Positions 24,901 to 35,659 of a stretch of DNA of 64,000 nucleotides are shown in pieces. The position numbers and the translations under genes are program-made. The DNA is taken from positions 248,001 to 312,000 of the forward strand of contig NW_026515668.1 in NCBI RefSeq assembly GCF_025526975.1. The letters run 5' to 3'. Under the pieces are notes generated by a model. That model did no database searches. It was not told where the DNA came from and saw only the letters and a list, made by a program, of their open reading frames with translations. Source of the stretch: Fimicolochytrium jonesii (lineage: Eukaryota). Position 1 is the first letter of the stretch. Every line of letters begins with the position of its first letter.

Positions 24901-26302
24901 GCGAGATGAAGCAAGGGCCCCGTAGGGAGTTTGTTGGGTAGATACATATAGGGACTCAGCTGAATGTAGTACCTGCCATCTTCATGTGACCACGTTGGGT
25001 CTTTCCAACTCTATAGCAGACTCTCAACCCGCATTTTTCGGTTTGAACACCGCCGGAGGATGGACCAGTTTCCTTTATTACAAGGAAAATTTTGGAAGAA
25101 GCGGCACGTAAACGGACGAACGTTGGAGGATGTGGGGAGGAAAGGTTGGGCTTGCCGGAGAAGAACGGATGACTTTGGGACGGAGAGGTTGAAAAGCTTC
25201 TTGTCATTCCGTTGCCTTTCCGGGTTTGATGTTTAATGTAATGAGCCAAAATTGACTGAAATGACAGAAAAACCTGGCAGCAAAATTACCTTGCGGAAAC
25301 AAAAGGGTGATCACCATGGTTTGCAAGGAAGCCCGAGGACATGATTCCAAACTTCCAGAATCCGTGTCGACCACCGGCACCGAAGACCAAGCCGCCATCT
25401 GCGTGATAGAATGGGCAGCGGTGCTTCATGGATGCCGGCGTTGCACAACAATAGACGCGATCGACTTTGCAGTCACGGTGTGGCCGCGGGTCTCAATAAT
25501 TGCCTTACTGCCACTACCGAGTAGTAGCCGCACAACTGAGCAGCCTCTCCGTCTCCGTGTCCGCAATGAATTATGAGGCGATTTTCTCAGCAATCATTCA
25601 TTACCAGCCTCCAGCTCAACTCCGCGGTGTGGCTACCGTTGGCGGCGTTGAAGCCTCATAATTGGAACCAAGTCCGACCTGCAACTCGGCCAGTTTGGTA
25701 CATGGGAAGCTTTTTTGGAACTTGAACTCGTCAGAGCAAAAGGTAATGCAGTTGTATGTCATTACCAAGGCTTGGAGCGTCTGGTCATGGATGGGCTCCA
25801 ACGTCTCGAGACAAGTTTTTTCGGCAGGTCATTTCGGCAATTTGTACACTGGAATGGGGCCCCGCGCTCCTACGCCCAAATCGCAAAGGGCGCCTCAAGC
25901 GAGACGTCGCTTGTGCGATTTGAATGAGGCCCGGGATGGATGTAGGGCTTGCAGCGTTGTCACTCTTGTGCGAAGGCTACTATCGATCCTGGTGATCCAT
26001 CGAAGGCCGCAGGTTTCAAGCAGGAGGTTCCCTGGGAGGTTCCTAAAAGGCGGAAAGGTTTCAGAGCACGGCCGGCGATCAGGCTCATTCTTGTCCATCC
26101 ACTATACCAAGTTGTCATCACCCCTCTTACGGAGTGTATGCACCCAGAGCATCCCGAAGCCATCGGCAACCAGGAGCATCGGCCTTAACCCCGACACCAT
26201 ACCCAAAGGATACCGTACAGTTCAACTACAGATAGCAGCCGCCGAGCCGCGTAGCTCATCCAAACCCCGCCTCATCCAACCACCACCCCGCGAACCACAA
26301 CC

Positions 26303-28091
26303 ATGGTCTCTCTGTTCGGCAATACTTCAACGGCATCTTCGGGCGGCAAGCGGTTGCAACCCCAAGAACCACTGGACTTTGACCGTTATGGCAACCCGAT
26401 ACAAATGCCCGCAGCGCGGAAGGCCAGTCTGGGCGACGTGTACAATATGCCACCAAAGAAGGTCATCAAGGCCATGAAGGGATATAAAGCCCAGTACGTG
26501 AAGGAGCTGGAATTCAAGAAGGGTGATTTCTTCTTTGTAAGTATTCATTTGGAGCAGCATTCCAGTCGTTCCGGGCAGGAACAGTATAAGCTCACCGAAC
26601 TTCTCAACTCGCCAGGTCATCAACGATAGCGACTACTTTTACTATGAGGTGGTCAACCCGGTCGCTCGTCAGAGGGGTTTGGTGCCGAGAGATCACTTCG
26701 ATAGTCTGGATAAGACAGCGTTCCCCAAATCGCCATCGCTTCCGTCTCTCGCCATGTCTCAAATGGAGCCACAATACGCCCCGCGTCATGCCAACCACAT
26801 TACCGATTCACCTACATCGGTCGACCAAGAGTTTGACGAATACGGATTGTACAGGAGCTCTGCCGCTCAGACTGCGTCCAACTACGATGACTACAAGCAT
26901 GAGTCGATGTTTACCACCATGTCGGCCGGACAACTGCCCTCCCCGGCGTCTTCCACTGGGCACAGCTCGGCATCCCTGTCTGCTGCAGATTCGTCATACA
27001 TCCTCAAGCAAGAACAGCCGCAGCGGCAGCAATCACCGCACCTCCAAGATCAAGAGCATCAATCACGTCTGGAACGCCCGAATTCCTCTTCATCCGAATC
27101 CTACTCGCAATCACCCCCCGAACCTGTTCGATCCCAAACTGCGGTGTCGTTCGTCTCCTCCACCTCCGCGACCACTAGTGGGGGTCACAAAGCAAACAGC
27201 AGCATGAGCAGCAGCCACCACAGCTCTTACACCTCCAACCCTCACATGTCCCACACAAGCTCCGCACATTCATCCCACCACAGCTCCAGCTCCGCAATGT
27301 TTCCCGGAATGGGCCGAGTCATACCCTATCCTGTAGCCTGTCGCGTACAGAACGACGACGTCCAACCGGACGGCAGGCTGCTATATACCGTCGAGCTATC
27401 TCTTTCCGATGATACCACGCGCGTGCTCTTCAGGACATTCGATGATTTTTATTCCCTTCATGTTGCATTGCTCACACAATACGCGGTCCAGGCCGGCCGG
27501 TCTAGGGCTCAGCCACGGACGATTCCATTCTTGCCACCCGCACCACCATCACGAAAAGTGGGCGAAACCCACGCTGCGCCGCCCAGTCCGGCAGAGACTG
27601 CGAAGAGACGGAAGGCGTTGGACCTGTACTTGGCCGACTTGATCGTCCTCCCTGCTCCTATCCGCCACTCTGCACCCCTCAACCGATTCTTCAACCTTCG
27701 GAAGGGCGACAACTCCATCCCCACCCCCGTAAAAGCGGACTCGTCTGCGACGCTCATGGATCTCATTTCCGACTACCACTCCTACGAATCCTTGCCCCGC
27801 GGCCCCGCAGCGAGACGAAGCTTCCACCCCGCCCTTGCCGACCCCAATACCGCGTCGGTGAAGATCAAGCTTCATGTTCACGGAGCGGATAGCCTGGCGT
27901 GGCGTGTTCCCGAGAACATCACCTTCCGGCCGTTCCTGGAAGAGGTCAAGACGAAGGTCGGCTGGATGTACGAGGGCTGGGCGATTTGGTACAAGGACGA
28001 GACGGGCAGCATGATCAGAGTCCATGGGGATGTCGACTGGAAGGTGCTCGTGAGGGGACGGTGGGGCACCGTGGTGCTCTACATCGATTGA
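26303..28091 (+). CDS. Bem1/Scd2-like scaffold: SH3 - PX - PB1; one intron ~26537-26615
   Basis: PPKKVIKAMKGYKAQYVKELEFKKGDFFF|V..YEVVNPVARQRGLVP (Bem1-type SH3); VLFRTFDDFYSLHVALL..RTIPFLP..RRKALDLYL (PX); VKIKLH..YKDETG..DVDW (PB1). Confidence 0.88.
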
Positions 28092-29032
28092 TACCCTCTC
28101 ATCAAGCCGACGATGCGCCGCCGACATGGTTCGGCGAAAGACGATGGTGTATATTGCGTGGTTTGGGAGGGGAAGTAGCCCTCCATTTCTTCTACAACTC
28201 AATCGTTATAGATACGTATACATAGATTTAGCCTGTATCCTCTTTTCTTGTCTCTTTCCTTTGGTTGTTCTTCTCTACTGGTTTGACACCTCGTCCTGCA
28301 ACGTTCATGTAGATTCTAGATCATAGCTATTTCATATAGGCCTTACCCTCTCTCGTGCCTCATCTCGATAATATCGGCGTAATCCTTTACTTCTGAGGTT
28401 CTTTTCTCATCTAGTCTGCATTACATTTCGGCCCTTCGCCAATTGGTCCAGTCGTTCTTTCATATCTTCTTGATGTTCATCTCGAACCCGGTGTCCCAAC
28501 GAGGTGGTGTGCGCCTATAATGGTATATTTCTTAGTGCTCTCTCCCAGTGCGAAACGTAAGCAGAATTATACATATGATACGCGCACACCCCTTGTCCGT
28601 TTATACCGCTGTCATTCGGACAAAAGCGTCACACCCCCAATATCGACAGGCTTGGTTCCCCGCTCTCGCTCAAACTTAGCTACCCAGACCCTGATCTGTT
28701 CCCGTAAAGCATCGCAAAACACACCTTCAGCAAGTCAGTCAAGCAATTGCACAGCTTGCCCACTTGCACCCCAACGCAACTGCAAAACTCGTACCCGCAT
28801 TCTCTACTTCTGGCGGAAGGCACTACTCGACTTTCACGCCCACCAAGCGAATTCACTCCATCCGACCTTCGGTCTCGCGGCCTAGCCACTCTCTTTACGA
28901 GCGCGGGACGCTTTCGAAGGCTCTTTGTCATCCGACCGACTTCCCCACAGTTCTTCTGGGTCGCTTGGTTTTTCTTGCGAACGAATGTTGAACCCCATTG
29001 TCCGAAATTGCTGAACGAGAAGGTTGCCCAGG

Positions 29033-30249
29033 ATGAGTATGGTCAATATCGTCAACGTTCAGGTGAGTTTCCACCCACAAACGACCAGGGCTGTCGCTGC
29101 CTTGTGCCTGTGCGCAAAGCTGCTTGCGGCAATGGGCGCAACGTGCGAATCGGTGCATTGGACTGCGCGGTGAAGGGCATTTTCGGACAAGATTGTGGAC
29201 TAAACCGTGTCTTTCCAAACAGATCATGAACAACCCTTGTTCGTTCTTTGATCCGTTTCAAATCGAAATTACCTTTGAGGTTATAAGCGAGTTACAAGAA
29301 GGTGGGTTCGCCGGCTTCCAACTGGGATGCTGAGGAATGATGAGTGGAACCTCGCTTGCTGAGCATCACGACCGAGGTCTTATTTTGTACTCAAACTAAC
29401 ATGCGTGCCTTCCCTGCTCATAGATTTGGAGTTTAAGATTGTGTATGTAGGATCTGCCCAGAGCGAAGACCATGACCAGACGCTAGAATCCGTCATGGTA
29501 GGGCCTGTGCCTGTCGGGGCGAGCAAATTCTTACTCGAGGTTAGTGCCGATGTGAGGACGAAGACGTGTATGTTTTCTTTCTGAGATGCGGGGAAGTCGG
29601 GACATATGTTGTTGCCATGGGCAACGGTCAGCCATTTTCACGATTTGGCCATATCAGCCCTCCTCATCTCGAGACTGACTTTCGGATATCAATCTCTTCT
29701 TCCGCTTACAGGCACCAGCCCCAGACCCGAGCAAGATCCCGAGTACCGATATCGTAGGGGTGACTGTGCTTCTCCTGATGTGCTCCTATCGTGACCGCGA
29801 ATTCGTCCGAGTGGGGTACTACGTCAACAACGACTACACGGATGAGCAGATGAGGGAGGAGCCGCCGGAGGAGGTTCAACTGGATAAACTGCAGCGTGCG
29901 ATTCTGGCGGATAAACCGAGGGTGACGAGATTCTCTATTCCTTGGTGAGTTTCCTGTGCACATGGCCAACGTCTTTGACAACAAAGCAATCCTGACCTTC
30001 GTTTGTAGGGACAACGACGAGAAAGCCGCCGCAGCAGCCGCCGCCCAACAAGGCATGTCCTCAACCCTCGAAAACGACGAAAACGCAATGTCCATGGACA
30101 CGGACCTCAACTCCCACAACACATCGATGGCCGCTCCCTCCGCGAACCCGTCTAGCTTGGGGTCACCGGAAAAAACCATGGGCAACGTGGCTGCTGGTGC
30201 GGGTATACCCCAGGCGCCGCCAGTGACGATGATGCAGGAGGCTGCGTGA
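29033..30249 (+). CDS. ASF1: Histone chaperone Asf1; 5 exons
   Basis: MSMVNIVNVQ|IMNNPCSFFDPFQIEITFE, VYVGSAQSEDHDQTLESVMVGPVPVG, GVTVLLLMCSYRDREFVRVGYYVNNDY, ILADKPRVTRFSIPW. Confidence 0.97.
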
Positions 30250-30671
30250 GTCTGAGTTTGGTTCGGCGTCGATGAAGGGTGAATGGGCTTCAGGGGGATA
30301 TCCGAAACAATGGAGGGCCGGGCGTACAAAGGGTGATAGTTGTGGGTCTGTGTTGTATATATGGTGGCATAGTGTTTGAATGAAGCTGCTGGTGCCCTTC
30401 GGCTGCTAGCGACTGAACAAGCGGGATGTGTTTTACCTTGTCATTGTCGTTATTGTTGGCATGCAGCTTTCTGAATTCTCTTTTATCTATACCCTATCGG
30501 ATGCACATCAAAAATGAAAAAAAAACATTGTAAAAAATCACATGGCGTGGAATCTGAACTCTTAATAAGTGCTTTGAGAACTGTATAATATGACTGTACA
30601 GTACGTGTACGTACAAGCAACGTGATGCATTCACGGGCAAGTGCAAAACGCGTGCACGATTGCTAATGCAT

Positions 30672-32556
30672 TCACTCCCACTCGCCCCACCCATCCTCTT
30701 CCTCCTCCTCCACCTCATCGCCATCACCGGTCTGCCGCTTCCCACCGCCACCACCGCTCTGCGACGCCGTCTCCCCGCCAGTACTGCTACTCCCGCTCCG
30801 ATTGACGACCTCGAAGCTTTCTGTGGATGGGGAACTGACGCCTGTTGTTTCTATTGAGTCGACCTCGGGTTCTGTGATGGTTGTCTTGGGGGCTGATGTG
30901 GCGGGTGGAGGGATGGTGAAGGTGGGTTGCGGTGGGGAGGGGGATGGGGAGGGGGAGGGGAAGGGGCTGTCGGGTTTGTTGGTTTCGGGTTGCTGATGTG
31001 CGACTGCGTTAGGAGATGGTGGGGATGGTGATGGGGGTTGTTGTGTCGCAGCAGCTTTCTCCGAGGCCGGAGTAGAATCGGACGGCGCCGGTGCTGTTTC
31101 TACCGAAGCGGACTCGGACGGTTTTGGCATCGCGTCCGCGTCCTTCCCTTCTGCGACCCCCGCATCTTTCTTGCTCCCGCCCTGCTGCCGCCCTTCCTCC
31201 TCATCTTCATCCTCCGACCCCCACGAGAAATCATCAGCCTCTCCAGCGTCTCCCGCCGCGGCGGCATTGGCGAGGAGCTGTTTGCGGGTTTCTTCTTCGC
31301 GGTCGACTTCGGCGACGCGGAAGAAGTAGCGAAGCCAGAAGTCGGGGTAGGATAGGTCTGCTGGGACTATGCGTTGATGGGGGGTTAGCAAAATGACAAG
31401 TTAACAGTGAGGTGACACAATATGTTTGGAGGGCATACCAAGTTCGTCCAGGTATGTTTTTGTTTCGGCGGTTTCTTCGAGAACTTTTGTAATTTGGGAT
31501 TCGTGGTTTGGTAGCGAGAAGGTCTGCTTGTATGATTCGAAGCGGGAGGCGAGCTGTTTATCTGTTGACTTTGCTGGATCTGCAGAGAAAGTTGTGATGT
31601 CGGTGCGAAGGGCAGCGACGAGCGCACTTTTGCGGTTGAAGCTACAATATGCATGATAAGCAGTGGATAAAGCGCCCTCAACGCATCGGTGGACGTCCTG
31701 CCAAGCACGAGTCCAAAACTCACATGATATTCTTCTTAGCACCCGCCCCAGCCTTCGTCTTCCCCTTCTTTCCCTCGTCATCCTCCACAATCCCCGGAAT
31801 AATCGTCACAGCACTACTCAAAAACCCCGCAACCCCACCCCCAATCTTCAGCAAAAACTCATCCGCCACATCCGCCATCTTATCCAACCTCGCCCCAATC
31901 TCCTTCAGTCCCACCCCCTCCCCCTCCCCTCCCCCATCGTCATCGTCCGCATCCTGGGATTGGGGCACGCCGAATGAGCTGAAGGACATGTCGCCGATGG
32001 CTACGGCGGAGGAGGTTTCGTTTAGGTTTTTGGGTGGGGAGGATGGGGATGGGGGGTCCGGGACCGGAGCGGTGATTTCGTGGATGGTTTCTTTGAGGCT
32101 GTGGGTGATTTTGTCGAAGTGGGAGGTGGATTCGGTTGTCATTGTTGAGACGAATTCAGATATATCTCTGTACAAATGACAAGAGGGTTAGAAAAGGGGA
32201 CTGTTGCTGTGAGGACAACGCAGGAGGGACATTGTCCCTTACCGCTTGTAAACATCAACCACCGCCTCGCTCTGCTTCTTCACCACATCCACCCAGCCAC
32301 CCCACGCCGAACTCAGGCCTCCCCAACCGCCCAGCAGAGAGGAAGAGGACGGACTGGCCGCCTTTGCAGGGGGAAGCGCGGCCGTCGATGGTGGTGGTGT
32401 TGCGGAGGGGGAGATCTCCCGTGCTGGTTGACGCGCGGGCGGTGTTGCTCTCCCCGCGGCGTCGCTGAGGTCGAGCATGTCGATGGGGGCAGGCTGGGGT
32501 TGCTCTGAGGCCCGTAGGTCGGCGGCGGTGGGGAGGTCGGGGCTGGATGTTTCCAT
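30672..32556 (-). CDS. BSD domain protein (DOS2/BSDC1-like); 4 exons
   Basis: WGGWVDVVKKQSE..YKR|DISEFVST; BSD-like IVPADLSYPDFWLRYFFRVAEVDREEETRKQLL; acidic tail ending EEDGWGEWE. Confidence 0.85.
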
Positions 32557-32831
32557 GTTGTGTGTGTGTTGCGAGCGATTGGGTGCAATTTTCGGAGCTG
32601 ACTTCACAACGGCAACTTCGCTGGAATTCATGCTGTTCGCCGTCACGCGTCACTTGAAAAGTTCAGCCTGGAATGAACTCTAGCTTTAGATTCATTCGGG
32701 GAGCTCTAGACAGGAAACACATCGAGTCCCCTATAGCTTATGCATTTCTATCTGCGCTACATGCAAGTGTGCTCTCCTACGATGGCTACCCTAGTAGATA
32801 TCTCCTCACAAAGCGCTTCTAAGTATTGGCC

Positions 32832-34551
32832 TCACACCAGCAGCGGCACACGAACAACCAGACCTCCTCCCTCGACTTTCCGTCCCGTGAAAGCCGTATC
32901 AAGAGCCGAGCAAGCCACATAGAGGTACCCATCCCTAATCGCCAACTGCCCGGGCCATCTCAGAACCTCGGGATCCCGCACCAGCGTCTTAAGCACAGGC
33001 TGTCCCGACCTCGTAGAGTAGACCCGTATAGCAGAGGTCTGCGGGTCCGCAATGTAGAGATCCCCATTGGTAGCGACCACCATCCCTCCCGAGACGGGCT
33101 TATGGTCCAGAAACTTGGAAACGTACGGGCGCGCGGATTTGTGGGAGTTGGTGTCACGGGCGTAATCGAGTTGACTCAGGGGTACCTTGAACGCTTCTCG
33201 TGACGAGGGTGCGGCAAAGTACATTGCGTCGTTCTTGGCGTCGATGGCGAGCGCTGAAACGGCCGGGCGGTAGGGGAATGCCCCGAAATAGGCCCATCGC
33301 AGGGTATGTGTGCCTGTAGCATCCAAGATGGAGGCAGATCTGTTGGCCTTCAACGAGTGATGCCCCTTGAGCACAACACTCCTGCCACCGGTTTCGACGT
33401 CGATCGCAAAGATCTTTGGCAAGCCTCGGATCATTGAAGCGTCGGCGATGTAGAGGGATTTGCCGTCAGGGTGGACTGCTAGGTCGGCGACCAGTGATCC
33501 ACGTCCTGTGCCTGTTCGGTAACGGAGGCGTTCGTCTCCCTTTTGGAGGTCGAAAGCGACGACCTTTGGCTTGTTGGTGAGGCCATTGATACCATCGTCC
33601 AGGGCGTATAACGAGTTCCCGTGAAGCTTCAGCGACGTGATTTGCCAGTAACTGAGTTGGCGTTTCTCAGTTGGCCAGGCGGTGAGGTTCTGCGTTTTTG
33701 GATCCCATTTCGCCAACTGGAGAGTTCCACCGAATTAGCTCTGCACATTAGACGGCATCAGTACACAAAAAACTTACCTTCAAATTTCCGCGGTCGTGTC
33801 GCGAATGGAATGACACATAGAGATCACCGTCGCCAGTGATTGCGATTGCGTTTGGTGGAATAGGCAGTTTGGCAACGACCTCGATGGCAGACGCTTTCTG
33901 GAGTGGTTCGTCCGTGATTGCAGGGAATGGAGAACCTCCGAACCCTACAAAAACAAGAGGACATCAGAAACCATCCCAACGTCAACCGTCATCCCATCGA
34001 CAACCATCATCAGCCACCACCTCCATCTATGTGGGTGGGGGTGTATTGCGCTCTTGGCGCAATGTGGTGCTCGCTTCGCTCGCTGAGGTTTGCTAAGAAA
34101 TGCGGTGAGGGGAGTATTGCGCCTCTGGCGCAATGTGGCTCGCTCGGCGGAGTCCGCATTCCCCCCAGGTAACAAGCTCCCTTTCGCAACAACCGCTCGC
34201 GTGCACCCTTGTGCAAATCAACCTTCGCTACGCTCGGTCGCCCGCCTCACCTCCATTAGACCAAAAGGCGACGAAAGTGATAATGGAAATCGCAGTCACT
34301 GCGAGAAACTTGAGAAACCCAGGCACATAAGGGTCCAGAACAAACCCATCAAGGGCCGGGTCCCTTCCGTTGAAGCGATCGGCGGGTGCGGGTTCCTCCT
34401 CCTCCCAAGTGTTGTCAGGCGTAGTAGTAGGTTCGAATACAGCCACGGCAGCAGGTGCCTGTGCTGTGACGGTAGCGCTGTCGATGTTGTCCACGGACGA
34501 AGAGCTCTCGCCGTCGCGCTTGCCGCCGCGTTGGCGCACTTCAGACGACAT
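32832..34551 (-). CDS. Membrane-anchored Yellow/major royal jelly protein-like (SMP-30/gluconolactonase clan) six-bladed beta-propeller; 3 exons
   Basis: Exon 1 ends in a TM segment FLKFLAVTAISIITFVAFW. Exon 2 reads GFGGSPFPAITDEPL..IEVVAKLPIPPNAIAITGDGDLYVSFH. Exon 3 has LYALDDG, KVVAFDL, DLAVHPDGKSLYIADAS, GDLYIADP, LVRDPEVLRWPGQL. Confidence 0.8.
34032..34160. repeat. Two palindromic direct repeats (71-bp period) inside the long intron of the Yellow-like gene
   Basis: GTATTGCGCTCTTGGCGCAATGTGG at 34043 and GTATTGCGCCTCTGGCGCAATGTGG at 34114. Each has an ATTGCGC..GCGCAAT stem and is followed by GCTCGCT. Confidence 0.85.
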
Positions 34552-35659
34552 TCTTGCTGTGGTGGATGTGCTTGTCCTTTGGATGTGTAGCCCCTAGGAC
34601 GGACCGGTTGGCGACGTCTATGTATGTATACTGTATATAGCTGTGTGAGAGGCCCACCAACACAGCGGGCGGGTCGTTCTTACATATGGGCTCGAGGGAG
34701 CGGAAGCGGAGGGCCTTGGGGTTTTCATCCGGGAGCAGATTGCAAGTTGCAACGCGTCCACAGCAGCGGACGATTTCTTTCCATGGCGTTCCGGCCCTCA
34801 CTGATCAATCCACTCAAGCGGTGGGCATGGCTTGCCGAGCGCCGGTTGATCAAGCATCGTCAACAAATTCTCTGGCACCTGCTTGTCTTTGACGAGCTTA
34901 TGCAAGTATACGAGGGCGTTGTTTCTCGAACGACCTTACGAGATTGAAAGGTACACTCGACCTCGTTGCTTTTGTGCCTACGTAATAGTAGCGTGTTCCT
35001 TATGGCATGGTTTTTTATAGTGACGACCTATCCGTCTCCTCAGGAGCCCGTAACGGAAAGGACTCACCTCTGCGGCAAAGTTGCGCTTACGACTGACCAC
35101 CCGAGGCCCAACGTGACTTGCTGCCTGGAAGTCCACATTTCGGGCGAAATCATATTTATGGTGACACTATGCTCGTCCACCCCTTTAGGCTTTTGGGGTC
35201 GCGGGTCTCAATGCTCACCTCCTAGGTTTCGCCGGACGGTTCACATCAAAAAGAGGGTGCGATGGTATTGACAGCACGCAAGGCCATCTGGTTGTCTCTC
35301 TTACATATGTGACGAGTGTAGGTCCCTTACGTTGCAAGGAGCCGAATTCGACAGCGTGTTTGGGTGTCTTGCCCTGCTGTCAGAGGTTCCAGACATGAGC
35401 GTTATTTGTTCCTGCTTGCATGCATTGTTGTCCACGCAGCACAGCACAAGGGATATTAACCCACCCAGAACCCACCACACCGCCTTCCGCGCTCACAAAC
35501 TTTGTCAGTTCAGATGCGGGAATGAAGAATTTTCCAGCGTTACAAAGGCACGACCCATCGCGAGCAACACACAAGGCAAACTTCTGAGGAGAACAAATTG
35601 ATGCAACGGTCGACAAAAGCAGCTCCTAAAATAGTTCAATCCAAGGAAACCTCATTTCG

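Noticed and set aside
25000..26300. ORF 25662..26477 and neighbours upstream of the Bem1-like gene
   Set aside because: No domain or coding-like composition; likely promoter/UTR or intergenic sequence.
34043..34138. Palindromic repeats with a spacer as a CRISPR-like array
   Set aside because: Only two copies, eukaryotic intron context, and no cas genes.
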